From the NCBI GenBank assembly GCA_035292005.1, contig DATDQZ010000085.1, positions 1 through 44,936 on the forward strand: a DNA stretch of 44,936 bases. Direction: 5' to 3'. The stretch comes from Candidatus Bathyarchaeia archaeon (GTDB taxonomy: Archaea > Thermoproteota > Bathyarchaeia > Bathyarchaeales > Bathycorpusculaceae). The stretch's first letter is position 1. Each line of letters begins with the position of its first letter. Below are positions 1-9,304 of the stretch, piece after piece. The notes under the pieces were generated by a model, which made no database searches, was not told the DNA's origin, and saw nothing but the letters and a program-made list of their open reading frames with translations. The position numbers and the translations under genes are program-made.

Positions 1-276
1 AGAGGCGTTAAAATAGTGGCTGTAAAACTCGGCGGTCACGGGTGTTACGTTACAGATGGCCGCGAACGACATTTGATAGAAGCCTTCAAAGTGAAAGTTG
101 TGGACACAACTGGCGCTGGTGACGCTTTTTGCGCTGGCTTCCTTTACGGCTTACTCAATGACAAGAGCCTTTACGAGTGCGGCAGACTTGGCAATTTCGT
201 GGCTTCAAGATGCATCATGAAGATGGGCGCGAGAGCAGGGCTTCCCGTTGCCAAGGACTTAGAACTTCTTGGTTAA
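1..276 (+). CDS. PfkB-family carbohydrate kinase, C-terminal part (5' end lies outside the window)
   Basis: The frame is open from nt 1. It contains the PfkB signature DTTGAGDAF (VVDTTGAGDAFCAGFLYG). TAA at 274-276. It converges on purQ with an 18-nt 3' overlap. Confidence 0.75.
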   Translation, partial: RGVKIVAVKLGGHGCYVTDGRERHLIEAFKVKVVDTTGAGDAFCAGFLYGLLNDKSLYECGRLGNFVASRCIMKMGARAGLPVAKDLELLG

Positions 277-1110
277 GTGCTCAATCAGGCTTTCGAAAAT
301 TAGTTTTCCATCGCCATACTGCGGCATCTGCTCTTGTCTCGTCCAGTCGGGCTGTTGCCACCAGTAAAGCGCTCTTTCAGGATGCGGCATCAAACCAAAT
401 ATCGTTCCTTCCCGATTGCAGATTCCCGCGATGTCGTGGAAAGAGCCGTTCGGGTTTGTGGGGAAGCAGCCTTCCGCGTAATCGCCGTTTTTGCTGCAAT
501 ACCTGAAAACCAGTAAGTCATCCTCGTAAAGCCTTTCAAGCAGCTTCTGTTCTTTCTCTTTCGGGAACAGGAACCTTCCCTCCGAATGAGCAACGGGTAT
601 CCGAAGCACTTTGCTCTTAGGAATTTTACTTGTGAATACGCATTTTCCCTTGTTTTCCTGTTTGAGGTAGACCCAGCGGCAGTTATAGCCCTGCGGAATG
701 TTCGTGGCGAGAGTGGCTTCAGGATAAGCGCTTACTCCGTCAAAGCCAGGGAGCAGACCATACTCCACGAGAACCTGAAAGCCGTTGCAAATGCCCAAAA
801 TCAGCCTGTTCTCTCCAACAAAGGCTTTCAACTCTTTACCCAACTTTGCTGACAACCACCGTGCCCATATAACGCCGGCGCGCACGTAATCCCCAAACGA
901 GAAGCCGCCGGGAAAAACCAGAAGCTGATAATTCATGAGTTTTCCGCGCTTAATTAGCTCGTTCAAGTGCAAAGTTTCAGCCTGAACGCCCAACTCTCGA
1001 AAAGCGCGTTGCGTTTCTGAATCGCAGTTAGTTCCGCCCACGCGAACAACGCAGACTTTTATTTCTTCCCGCTTCACGATTGCACCCCGCTGCTTAAGGT
1101 CTCTTTCCAA
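259..1110 (-). CDS. purQ: Phosphoribosylformylglycinamidine synthase, glutaminase subunit PurQ
   Basis: Class-I amidotransferase pattern: VCVVRVGGTNCDSE, PGGFSFGDY, catalytic-Cys context LGICNGFQ, and HPER near the C-terminus. The real start may be GTG at 1077, which forms a GTGA overlap with the purL stop (1074-1076). Confidence 0.9.
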   Translation of the reverse strand: MERDLKQRGAIVKREEIKVCVVRVGGTNCDSETQRAFRELGVQAETLHLNELIKRGKLMNYQLLVFPGGFSFGDYVRAGVIWARWLSAKLGKELKAFVGENRLILGICNGFQVLVEYGLLPGFDGVSAYPEATLATNIPQGYNCRWVYLKQENKGKCVFTSKIPKSKVLRIPVAHSEGRFLFPKEKEQKLLERLYEDDLLVFRYCSKNGDYAEGCFPTNPNGSFHDIAGICNREGTIFGLMPHPERALYWWQQPDWTRQEQMPQYGDGKLIFESLIEHLTKKF

Positions 1111-3461
1111 CTCCTACGCAAATCGGTGAGCGCAGCATTTACCACGACGGCGCCATCCAACCCGTAAACGATTAATTTTGGATTTTTGGTGACCCAGCCT
1201 ATTTTAGCACAAATCTTTCCCTTCATCAGAGTTTCAAAGTCTTCTTTTGATTTCTCCGAAACTTCCACCAGAAAGCGGCTGTTTGACTCTGAAAACAACA
1301 CAAAATCATCGCGGTTCACCGCTTTGCATGGCACTTTTCTCAAATCCAACTCAACGCCATCTCCGCCTGCCAACGCCATCTCCGCCGCAGCCACCGCTAA
1401 ACCGCCTTCTGAAAGGTCGTGGCACGCTTTGACAAAGCCTAAATCAATAGCCTTAGTTACTGCTCTGAATGTTTTTCTGGCTTGTGCCCCGCGCACTTTC
1501 GGCACCGATTTCCCAACGTGCCCGTAGAGCTTGTAGTATTCTGAACCGCCCAACTCCTTGAAGGTCTGACCAACAATGTAGAGCGCGTTGCCCGGCATCT
1601 TCGTGTCCATTGAGACGGTTAAGCGTATGTCTGGAACAACGCCCACGGCTGTTATTAGGAGCGTTGGCGTAACTGGACCGAGCGGAGACTCGTTGTAAAG
1701 GCTGTCTTTTCCCGAAATGAACGGCGCCTTAAAAGCAGTGGCGAAGTCGTAGCACGCCTCGCACGCCCTCACGAGAGAGCCGAGTCTTTCTGTTTTTTCA
1801 GGGTTGCCCCACGTGAAATTGTCGAGAAGGGCTACTCTTCGTCCGCCAACTGCCACGTTATTCCTTAAAGCTTCATCTATGGCTGAAGCTGCCATCCAAT
1901 AAGCGTCGATTTTTCCGTAGTTCGGGTTCATGCCACACGAGATGGCTATGCCTTTCCACGAATTATCAAGAGGCTTTATGACGGCTGCATCATTTGGTCC
2001 GCCATATTCGCCCTGCAAGGGTTTCAGGGCGGTGTTTCCTTTCACCTCGTGGTCATAAGTGCGTATTACGCTTTCTTTGCTGGCGATGTTTGGCGAAGAC
2101 AGCAGCTGAAGGAGAGGTTCCGTCAGGTTTTCGGGTTCGGGAAACACTGGCTCTTCAAAGCGGGCGTTTTCACACGTTGCGTTTTTCACGCTTTCTGGCG
2201 GTTCAAACAGGAAGGGCATGTCCATGTCCGCGACTAATGCGCTTTGATGACAAAGCTGTAACCGTGCTTCCTGCGTGAGTTTTCCTATGGCAGTGGCTTC
2301 AACGTCTTCCTTTTCGAAAATCTCCAAGACCTTTTCAAGGTTTTCAGGCGGAACGATTAGAAGCATTCTTTCTTGGGACTCTGAAATGTAAATTTCCCAA
2401 GGCGCCAAGCCCTGATATTTCAAAGGCACTTTTTCAAGTTCCACTGTTGCGCCGCAGCTGAACTTTTTTGCGGTTTCGCCAACAGCGGATGATAATCCAC
2501 CTCCACCCAAGTCCGTTATTGCCGAAGCGAGTTCGCGGTCTCGAATTTCGATTATGGCGCGTTTCAGTTTCTCCTCCTCAATTGGGTCTGCAATCTGCAC
2601 AGCGGGCCTGGAAACTTCTTCTGATTTTTCTGTCAGTTCAGCGGAAGCGAAGGTTACGCCGTGAATCCCATCGCGGCCTGTTTTTCCGCCTGCTAGAAGG
2701 ATTACGTGGCCTGGTTTGGCGTTTTTTCTGAACTTTTTAAGCGGCAACAGCCCTATGCATCCGCAGTAGACTGTTACGTTTCCAGTGTAGCTGTCGTCAA
2801 AGTATATGGCGCCGTTCACGGTGGGGATGCCCATGTTGTTGCCGTACGCGCTTATGCCCGCTGTTACACCCATGTACACGTATTTCGGGTGCTTCACGCC
2901 TGCCGGAAGCTTGGCGTAATCATAATTTAAGGGTCCGAAGCCTAAAACATCAGTGCACGCGATTGGGTCTGCCCAGACACCTAGAATGTCGCGGATTACG
3001 CCGCCCACACCTGTGGCTGCGCCGCCGAAGGGCTCCACAGCGGACGGGTGATTGTGGGTTTCGACTTTGGCGGCTATTCCGTAGCCTTTGTCGAAGCGGA
3101 TTATGCCTGCGTTGTCTTCGAAAACGGAGAAGCACCAGCGCGAGTTGATTTCTTCTGTGGCTTTTGCAATGTACGTTTTGAAGAGGCTGCTGATTTCCCT
3201 GTTGCCCATGCGTATTTTGCCTTTGAACGTTTTGTGGAAACAGTGTTCAGACCACGTTTGCGCTATGGTTTGGAGTTCCACGTCGGTTGGGTTTCTTTTC
3301 TTCTTTTTGAAGTGGGCTTGGATGGCTTTCATTTCTTGCAAGTTTAAACTTAAACCCAGTTCACTGCTGATTTCCTGCAGTTGGCTGTCGGCTGCTTCGA
3401 GCGCGCTGATTTCGAACAGGGAAAAAGCGGTTTTCCTGCGGACGTAGAGGTTAATGCTCAT
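1074..3461 (-). CDS. purL: Phosphoribosylformylglycinamidine synthase subunit PurL (FGAM synthase II)
   Basis: 795-aa ORF with PurL motifs (ETHNHPSAVEPFGGAATGVGG; duplicated PurM-like halves). Its ATG (3459-3461) overlaps the purS stop as ATGA. Confidence 0.93.
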   Translation of the reverse strand: MSINLYVRRKTAFSLFEISALEAADSQLQEISSELGLSLNLQEMKAIQAHFKKKKRNPTDVELQTIAQTWSEHCFHKTFKGKIRMGNREISSLFKTYIAKATEEINSRWCFSVFEDNAGIIRFDKGYGIAAKVETHNHPSAVEPFGGAATGVGGVIRDILGVWADPIACTDVLGFGPLNYDYAKLPAGVKHPKYVYMGVTAGISAYGNNMGIPTVNGAIYFDDSYTGNVTVYCGCIGLLPLKKFRKNAKPGHVILLAGGKTGRDGIHGVTFASAELTEKSEEVSRPAVQIADPIEEEKLKRAIIEIRDRELASAITDLGGGGLSSAVGETAKKFSCGATVELEKVPLKYQGLAPWEIYISESQERMLLIVPPENLEKVLEIFEKEDVEATAIGKLTQEARLQLCHQSALVADMDMPFLFEPPESVKNATCENARFEEPVFPEPENLTEPLLQLLSSPNIASKESVIRTYDHEVKGNTALKPLQGEYGGPNDAAVIKPLDNSWKGIAISCGMNPNYGKIDAYWMAASAIDEALRNNVAVGGRRVALLDNFTWGNPEKTERLGSLVRACEACYDFATAFKAPFISGKDSLYNESPLGPVTPTLLITAVGVVPDIRLTVSMDTKMPGNALYIVGQTFKELGGSEYYKLYGHVGKSVPKVRGAQARKTFRAVTKAIDLGFVKACHDLSEGGLAVAAAEMALAGGDGVELDLRKVPCKAVNRDDFVLFSESNSRFLVEVSEKSKEDFETLMKGKICAKIGWVTKNPKLIVYGLDGAVVVNAALTDLRRSWKETLSSGVQS

Positions 3462-3709
3462 TTTTGCTCCTCAAGGGCGATTGTGTAGCTGTCTTTTGTC
3501 GGGTTCGCCAACAGCCGTCTGCACATTTCTTCAGCTTTCGTTTTGGCTTCTTTTGGTGTTTGCGCTTCGAGGAGAATGTTGTAGACTTTGCTCACGTTTA
3601 CAGCGTCAACGGCGTAGCCGAGTTCTTTTAGCAAGCGTGCTGCGGTTTCGCCTTCTGGGTCGCTATGGCCAGGTTTGAGGCTGACTTCTATTTTCGCGCG
3701 GTATTTCAT
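3458..3709 (-). CDS. purS: Phosphoribosylformylglycinamidine synthase subunit PurS
   Basis: 83 aa. The N-terminus MKYRAKIEVSLKPGHSDPEG fits the PurS pattern, and its position directly upstream of purL gives translational coupling. Confidence 0.85.
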   Translation of the reverse strand: MKYRAKIEVSLKPGHSDPEGETAARLLKELGYAVDAVNVSKVYNILLEAQTPKEAKTKAEEMCRRLLANPTKDSYTIALEEQK

Positions 3710-3765
3710 GGGCTAAATGTTAAGCGTAGGGGATTTAAACGCTTTCATCATTAACCTGTGCAAAG

Positions 3766-4845
3766 TTATGCCAGAACTATTTTCTTGCTTTTGTGGCGAA
3801 TTTCTATTTTTTCCTTGCTTGTGACTTTTCCTATTTGTTCAGGTTGGGCTCCAGTTTTTTCCAGAATGCTCATGGCTTTGTCTGTATCTGTTTTGTCCAC
3901 GATTATGGCGAAACCCCAGCCCATGTTGAAGGTTTTAAACATCTCCTCATCTGCGATTGAGAAGCCAAGTTCACGCGCGGTTTTTTGGATTAAGCCGAAG
4001 ATGGGTTGAGGTTTGAAGTTGTCGAAGTCGAAGCCTATGCCAGGCGAGAAGCGGGTGAGGTTGTTGAATTTTAGGTAGGCGTCGCCTGTTATGTGTACGG
4101 CTGCTTTAATTTTAACCGCTTCGGCTGTTTTAAGGAGGGGTTTCACGTAGATTTTGGTGGGTTCCAGCGCTTCTTGGACTATTTCCCTGTCAAATCCGTT
4201 TGGCACAGCGTTTGGCTCGTATTTTCCGCTCCAGCGTTTGAAGAGGATTTTTCTTGCGAGGCTTATGCCGTTGCTGTGCAGCCCACTGCTTCTTAAGCCT
4301 ATTATCGGGTCGTCGGGTTTGATGTTTTTTCCCGTGATTATTCGTGATGTGTTGACTTGGCCTATGGCGGCGATTATCATGTCGAAGCCTTTGCCTTCCG
4401 ATAAACCCTTTATGATTTCGGCTACGTCGCCTATTTCTCCGCTGGTGACTGGGCATTCTGCTTCTGCCGCGCCTTTGGCGATGCCTTTCAGCCATTCTCC
4501 TACAAGGACAGGGTTGCTGGTTTGGGCGTGGATGTTGTCGGCGATGGCGAGCGGCGTGGCGCCTGAACGGATAACATCGTTCACAGCCATCGCTACGGCG
4601 TCTATGCCTATGGCGTCGTATTTTTCTGCTAACTGTGCCAGTAGGACTTTGGTGCCTACGCCTTCGATGGCGAGGTCCAAGTAGGTGTTTTGGCTTATGG
4701 GGAAGATGTTTCCATAGGGCAAGTGGACTATTGGGCCACGTGTGCTGTACTTGTAGGTTTGCTGTAGTGTTTTTAGTGCTTTTTTGGATTCTTTGCGTTG
4801 TTCGCGGTTTACTCCTGCGTTTGCGTAGGTGAAGTTTTTGGGCAT
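3766..4845 (-). CDS. purM: Phosphoribosylformylglycinamidine cyclo-ligase (AIR synthase) PurM
   Basis: 359 aa with PurM-type segments (IEGVGTKVLLA, DAVAMAVNDVIRSGATPL). Same strand and pathway as purS/L/Q. Confidence 0.9.
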   Translation of the reverse strand: MPKNFTYANAGVNREQRKESKKALKTLQQTYKYSTRGPIVHLPYGNIFPISQNTYLDLAIEGVGTKVLLAQLAEKYDAIGIDAVAMAVNDVIRSGATPLAIADNIHAQTSNPVLVGEWLKGIAKGAAEAECPVTSGEIGDVAEIIKGLSEGKGFDMIIAAIGQVNTSRIITGKNIKPDDPIIGLRSSGLHSNGISLARKILFKRWSGKYEPNAVPNGFDREIVQEALEPTKIYVKPLLKTAEAVKIKAAVHITGDAYLKFNNLTRFSPGIGFDFDNFKPQPIFGLIQKTARELGFSIADEEMFKTFNMGWGFAIIVDKTDTDKAMSILEKTGAQPEQIGKVTSKEKIEIRHKSKKIVLA

Positions 4846-4965
4846 GAAGCGTCTTTCTCCTGTTGTGTGTTCTTTTCTAGTTGGTTGGAGATAACAATTT
4901 TGCTATAGGCTTATGGAGAAATGGCTAAAAGTTTAAGTTTTGTTTTGTTTGTGATATGTGCTTGT

Positions 4966-5039
4966 GCGGTCGTAGTCTAGCTTGGCTAGGACATCAGCCT
5001 CCCACGCTGACGACCCGGGTTCAAATCCCGGCGACCGCA
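4966..5039 (+). tRNA. tRNA-Gly: tRNA-Gly (anticodon CCC), no encoded CCA
   Basis: Hand-folded cloverleaf. Acceptor GCGGTCG/CGACCGC, D stem GTCT/GGAC, anticodon stem TCAGC/GCTGA with loop CTCCCAC (CCC at 5001-5003), T arm CCGGG-TTCAAAT-CCCGG, discriminator A5039. 74 nt. Confidence 0.85.
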
Positions 5040-5110
5040 CTCTATTACTTCTGGCAGGGACTAAAGGATAAGGCTTAACTTATTCAGTCTATAGTTTAAT
5101 AGTGAGAAAT

Positions 5111-5410
5111 ATGACAACATTTGAGGAGATAAAAAACACTTTAGCCAAGCATAAGGAAGGATTGAAACAAAAATATGAGGTTAAAGAGATAGGTATTTTC
5201 GGTTCTTACGTCAGAGGAAAACAAAAAAAGAGAAGTGATGTTGATATTTTGGTTGAGTTTGAGGAATCAGCAAGCCTGAGCCTTTTAGACTTTATTGGAT
5301 TGGAGAATTATTTAAGTGAAGTTCTAGGAGTTAAAGTAGATCTAGTTGAAAAACATACCCTTAAACCAAGGATAGGAAAACGTATCTTAGAAGAAGTTGT
5401 AAACGTATGA
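5111..5410 (+). CDS. mntA: Minimal nucleotidyltransferase (MNT) antitoxin of a type VII HEPN/MNT pair
   Basis: Motif [23 protein letters not shown] (GS-x-RG ... DxD). ATG at 5111 (the ORF track starts at GTG 5102). ATGA overlap with the downstream HEPN gene. Confidence 0.8.
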   Translation: MTTFEEIKNTLAKHKEGLKQKYEVKEIGIFGSYVRGKQKKRSDVDILVEFEESASLSLLDFIGLENYLSEVLGVKVDLVEKHTLKPRIGKRILEEVVNV

Positions 5411-5748
5411 AAGAGGAATTTTTGGATTACATAGAAGATATAATCGTGGCTATGGCTGATGCCGTGAATTTTGTAAAAGATATGGAATACGCTGTTTTTG
5501 TGAAAGATAAAAAGACCGTCTACGCCGTAATAAGGGCTGTAGAAATTATTGGAGAGGCAGCGAAAAAGATACCTGCCTCAGTTAGGGATCGTTATCCTCA
5601 AATTCCTTGGAAAGACATGGCTGGAATGCGAGATAAGGTAATTCACGAGTACTTTGGTGTTGATCTGAAAAGAGTTTGGAGCACTGTTAAAACGGATATT
5701 CCTGCTCTTAAACCATTATTTGAAAAGATTCTGAAAGATTTTGAGTAA
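5407..5748 (+). CDS. hepT: HEPN-domain (DUF86) RNase toxin
   Basis: 113 aa. R-x4-H-x-Y motif RDKVIHEY (R75-H80, nt approx. 5629-5650). Canonical two-gene arrangement downstream of the MNT gene. Confidence 0.8.
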   Translation: MKEEFLDYIEDIIVAMADAVNFVKDMEYAVFVKDKKTVYAVIRAVEIIGEAAKKIPASVRDRYPQIPWKDMAGMRDKVIHEYFGVDLKRVWSTVKTDIPALKPLFEKILKDFE

Positions 5749-5813
5749 ATTTAACTCTAACTAAGAATTACAATCCTTTCGCACTATCTTTCTTGGCATT
5801 GCTGAATAGTAGT

Positions 5814-5872
5814 TTGGCTAGGACATCAGCCTCCCCCGCTGACGACCCGGGTTCAAATCCCGGCGACCGCAC
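5814..5872 (+). repeat. Direct repeat of the 3' part of tRNA-Gly (non-functional partial copy, att-like)
   Basis: 58/59 nt identical to 4982-5040. The one mismatch is C5836 vs A5004, at anticodon-loop position 37. The 5' acceptor strand is not conserved (GCTGAAT vs GCGGTCG), so no cloverleaf can close. Confidence 0.85.
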
Positions 5873-6103
5873 CACAATCGCTACTTCTCTTGCCTTTCCA
5901 TAATTCTACCTTCTAAATCCTCGCAGCGCGGAACTTGTGAGATGCCTAGCATATACTAGGCATGGAGCCTATATTCTGCAGTCTCTACCCCCTCCCTTAT
6001 AAATAGGTTAGATAGAGGCTTTTTACCGTTTGAGGCGATTGTGCTATAGATGCTTGAGATACGTTTTTAAGTATTGGATTGGGCATCTTTGTGGCTGAAG
6101 GTT

Positions 6104-6718
6104 ATGTTCTTTAGGCAGGTTCAGCAGCACGGCGACAACTTCTCGTATATCATGGCAGACGACGCTACACGAGAAGCGGCCGTTGTTGATTCAAGCTTTA
6201 ACGCGGGCGAAATAATACGCGTTCTCAAAACTGAAAATTTGAAACTGAAATACGTCATCAACACGCACGATCATTCTGACCACACGGCTGGTAACGAGGA
6301 ACTGCTTTCAATGTTCAGCGCGAAGACTGTTGCGTATAAGCTGTCAAGAATTAACGCTGACGTCGCAGTGGATGATGGCGACTCCATACGTCTAGGCAAC
6401 GTGCCAATCAAGGTAATTCACACGCCGGGGCACACTCCCGACAGCATATGCCTGTTGGTTGACAACAAGAAACTGTTAACGGGGGACACGCTGTTTGTTG
6501 GCGAGTGCGGCAGAACAGACCTGCTTGGTGGTAACTCCAGAAGCATGTACGACAGCCTCTTCAATAAACTGTTAAAGTTGGATGACGATGTGGAAGTGTA
6601 TCCTGGGCACGACTACGGAGCAAAGCCACACTCAACAATTGGAGAAGAAAGAAGGACAAATTACGTTTTGCAGCCGAGAAGTCTTATGGAATTCATCGAG
6701 TTCATGAAGCAACCATAG
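6104..6718 (+). CDS. MBL-fold metallo-hydrolase (glyoxalase II / persulfide dioxygenase-like)
   Basis: HxHxDH motif (NTHDHSDHTAGN), later HTPGHTPDS and PGHDYG. ATG 6104 is preferred over the upstream TTG 6074. Confidence 0.8.
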   Translation: MFFRQVQQHGDNFSYIMADDATREAAVVDSSFNAGEIIRVLKTENLKLKYVINTHDHSDHTAGNEELLSMFSAKTVAYKLSRINADVAVDDGDSIRLGNVPIKVIHTPGHTPDSICLLVDNKKLLTGDTLFVGECGRTDLLGGNSRSMYDSLFNKLLKLDDDVEVYPGHDYGAKPHSTIGEERRTNYVLQPRSLMEFIEFMKQP

Positions 6719-6902
6719 GTCAATTTTGACATGTCACGTTATAAACAAGGTTGAGCGGTCGCGTCTCGCAACTCATTTTGTATTTCTTGATTGTTAATGT
6801 ATTATATATTACGATATTGAAATATGGCTTTTAAACTGCCTTTTATTTGTCTTTTTGGCGGAGAGAGGGGAGGATATAGTCGATTTAAGGAAGAAAACGG
6901 AG

Positions 6903-7376
6903 ATGAAACGAAAGAACCTTTTTGCCATTTTGCTCTTCTTCTTGGGCGTTTTGTTATTCACTCGTGTTGACTTTTTGGTTAACGAGTCTCTTTATCACTA
7001 TGGGCTTCATTTTAACGAAAACTGGTACGCTGAATACACAAGCCTGTATGCGCTTTGTTATCAGTTCCTGATTTTGTCGTTGTTGGTCTACACGAGAAAC
7101 CTCAAGCTTCTTGTTTTCATGGAGGTTTTCGTTTTGACTTCCACTCAAGACATGGTTTACTTCGGTTTGTGGCAGGGGGCTTTTCCAAAAATCGATTGGT
7201 GGTGGACGCCGTTTTACAGAATTTTCGGAACATGGACGACAACAGATCAGGCACTGCTCAGTTTCTTCGCGAACCTGCTGGTTTTGATAGCAATCTCTCT
7301 GCTTCCCTTGAGACAGCAGCGGCAAAGAGGTTCTGCAGAGTTGCCGCGGATTCATTCATTACAAATCGCCTGCTAA
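6903..7376 (+). CDS. Hypothetical small integral membrane protein (about 4 hydrophobic segments)
   Basis: ORF with clear hydrophobic stretches (LFAILLFFLGVLLF, YALCYQFLILSLLVY, LLVFMEVFVL, LLSFFANLLVLIAISLL). No recognisable family. The start was chosen at MKRKN. Confidence 0.45.
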   Translation: MKRKNLFAILLFFLGVLLFTRVDFLVNESLYHYGLHFNENWYAEYTSLYALCYQFLILSLLVYTRNLKLLVFMEVFVLTSTQDMVYFGLWQGAFPKIDWWWTPFYRIFGTWTTTDQALLSFFANLLVLIAISLLPLRQQRQRGSAELPRIHSLQIAC

Positions 7377-7600
7377 ACTGTCACAAATTCCGAAGTGAAA
7401 GATTAAAACTACAATTGTTCGTTCCAATCGCCGTCCAACTGTATCAACGTGATTGAATAAGCCCGAATTGATGTTTTTGGGCGTTTCGTTAGGTATCGTG
7501 TTCGTGTTCCGAATGCAACAGAAGTGTAATAAGAATTAATACACAATAAAAGTTAATTATAGACAGGAACAAGAACAAGGACTCAGAGGTTTAAGCGACC

Positions 7601-7993
7601 GTGTACACAATTGCACCGCAGAGCGGCACTTTCAGCTTCCTTGACAAAACACAACTGATAAAATTGAAACTGAAAGCCATACGCTCGGGCGTGTGGTTCA
7701 GAGCTTTACCAAGGATTGACAGAGTACTGTTTGACTTAACGATAAAGGTTGCTCGCAGCATTCGCAGCAGCATTTTAGCCAAATGCATTCTCTCTATCAC
7801 AGGAAAGTTGGAAGCGCTTCTTGAAAGTAAACTTGCGCGTGCAATAAGAGACATCGGTTTTCCGCTAGCCTGCAAGCTCAGCCTGCTCGCCCAGAAATGG
7901 GGTAATCGAGGTGCCCAAGAATGGGCGAAAGACGCGGGGTTTGCTCAGTATCTAGCGATTGTGAAACTTAATGGGAATCCTTGCCATGGTTGA
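7601..7993 (+). CDS. Hypothetical protein (130 aa, basic, helical-looking)
   Basis: Longest ORF in this gap, with a GTG start and no motif I recognise. A 94-aa antisense ORF (7591-7875) competes with it. Confidence 0.35.
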   Translation: MYTIAPQSGTFSFLDKTQLIKLKLKAIRSGVWFRALPRIDRVLFDLTIKVARSIRSSILAKCILSITGKLEALLESKLARAIRDIGFPLACKLSLLAQKWGNRGAQEWAKDAGFAQYLAIVKLNGNPCHG

Positions 7994-8029
7994 GCCTGAA
8001 AAAACTACAGTTTGTAGCGTAGGAAAAAC

Positions 8030-9304
8030 ATGTTAAGTATTATTGATTTCGCTTTGGTCGGCGTATTCGCGGTTGTCTATGCTTGGATATTCTATAATTT
8101 GCCTATTTTGGTCGCTGGAGTGAGGAATTTGCGTAAGTGCAGGCAAAACCCTCAGGCGTACCATTATGCAGAAGATGAGTTTTTGCCCTCATTTTCAATT
8201 GTTGTACCCGTTAAGGATGAGGCGAAGATTGTTGGCAGGCTCTTTTCGGCGTTGTCAAATTTGAATTATCCATCCGACAAGGTTGAAATTGTTGTTGTCG
8301 AAGATGGATCGGTTGACGACACATTTGAGGTTTGCAGGCAGTTTGCCGACACTCATAAGAAAGTCAAGGTTTTCCAAAGACCCTTTTCGAGCGGGAAGCC
8401 TTCCGCTTTGAATTACGGTCTTCAGCGCTCCGAGGGCGAGATCGTTGCCGTTTTCGACGCGGATAGTGTTCCCGCCAGTGACGCCTTGTTGAAGGTGGCT
8501 AAGTACTTTGATGATCCTGCAGTGGCGGCTGTCCAGGGCAGAATTTTGTCAATCAATTCTCAGGAGAACATGCTTACGCAATTCCTCTCTTATGAAGAGG
8601 CTGTTTGGTGTGAAGCTTATTTGCGTGGCAAAGACGTGTTGGATTTGTTTGTTCACTTGAAAGGAAGTTGCCAGTTCATACGGCGAGACGTTCTGGAGCA
8701 ACTGACAGGTTTCGACGAAGATGTGCTGTCTGAGGACATGGAGTTTTCAGCCAGGCTCACCAACAATGGGTACAAAATCAGGTACGGCGGGGATGTGCGT
8801 GCTTGGCAGGAAAGCCCAGCGAATTTGAAAACTCTGTTTAAGCAGCGTACCCGATGGTTTAGAGGCACAATAGAGGTCGCGTTCAAATATGGCAAATTAA
8901 TGGCCAAGCTGAGCCGTAAGAACTTGGATGCTGAAGCAACGCTTTTCAGTCCGTTCATAGTTATTGCTTCATTGCTGTCGTATCTGGTGGCGTCTGGTGC
9001 TTTTTTTACAACTTTTCCCTTTGACATCCTGTGGCAGGTCTTTATGTATTTTTCAACTTTGACCACGACTCTCATGATTCTTGTTTGTGGTTTTGCTTTG
9101 ATTTTCGTCTCAAAACCGAAGAGATTGAGGAGTTTACTGTGGCTTCCTTTTGTTTATTCTTACTGGTGTCTGCAAGCTTTCATTTCACTGTATGCCGTAT
9201 TGCTTATTCTCTTGCGTAGACCCAAAAGGTGGTTAAGGACTGAGAAGAAGGGCGTAGTGGCAAATACCGATTTTGTTTTGGAAACGGAACAAATTTATGC
9301 ATGA
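8030..9304 (+). CDS. Membrane-embedded family-2 glycosyltransferase of the processive synthase type (D, DxD, ED, QxxRW)
   Basis: One N-terminal TM segment, then VVPVKDE, FDADS, LSEDME and QRTRW (approx. 8843-8857), followed by several C-terminal TM segments. This is the layout of cellulose/chitin/NodC-like synthases. Confidence 0.85.
   Translation: MLSIIDFALVGVFAVVYAWIFYNLPILVAGVRNLRKCRQNPQAYHYAEDEFLPSFSIVVPVKDEAKIVGRLFSALSNLNYPSDKVEIVVVEDGSVDDTFEVCRQFADTHKKVKVFQRPFSSGKPSALNYGLQRSEGEIVAVFDADSVPASDALLKVAKYFDDPAVAAVQGRILSINSQENMLTQFLSYEEAVWCEAYLRGKDVLDLFVHLKGSCQFIRRDVLEQLTGFDEDVLSEDMEFSARLTNNGYKIRYGGDVRAWQESPANLKTLFKQRTRWFRGTIEVAFKYGKLMAKLSRKNLDAEATLFSPFIVIASLLSYLVASGAFFTTFPFDILWQVFMYFSTLTTTLMILVCGFALIFVSKPKRLRSLLWLPFVYSYWCLQAFISLYAVLLILLRRPKRWLRTEKKGVVANTDFVLETEQIYA

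Noticed and set aside
177-4832. Many 60-176-aa ORFs on the + strand across the pur genes (for example 177-506, 1186-1527, 1994-2278, 2468-2731, 3048-3447, 4154-4684), plus the out-of-frame minus-strand ORFs 390-593 (inside purQ), 2950-3135 (inside purL) and 4190-4495 (inside purM)
   Set aside because: They lie entirely inside the strongly supported purQ, purL, purS and purM genes, either antisense or in another frame. Their Arg/Ser/Cys/Pro-rich composition is typical of shadow ORFs.
5801-5872. The second tRNA-Gly-like sequence as a functional tRNA gene
   Set aside because: The 5' acceptor strand (GCTGAAT) cannot pair with CGACCGC, with only 3 of 7 pairs possible. Position 37 of the anticodon loop is C instead of a purine. 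I treat it as a partial or att-type copy.
5942-5963. Perfect 8-bp hairpin ATGCCTAG-CATATA-CTAGGCAT just right of the repeat
   Set aside because: It is short and isolated, with no T-run or partner motif. It is compatible with chance or a minor terminator and not reportable on its own.
5040-6073. An integrase or other mobile-element genes next to the tRNA repeat
   Set aside because: No ORF of suitable size or motif lies between or just outside the repeats. Only the two TA genes are present.
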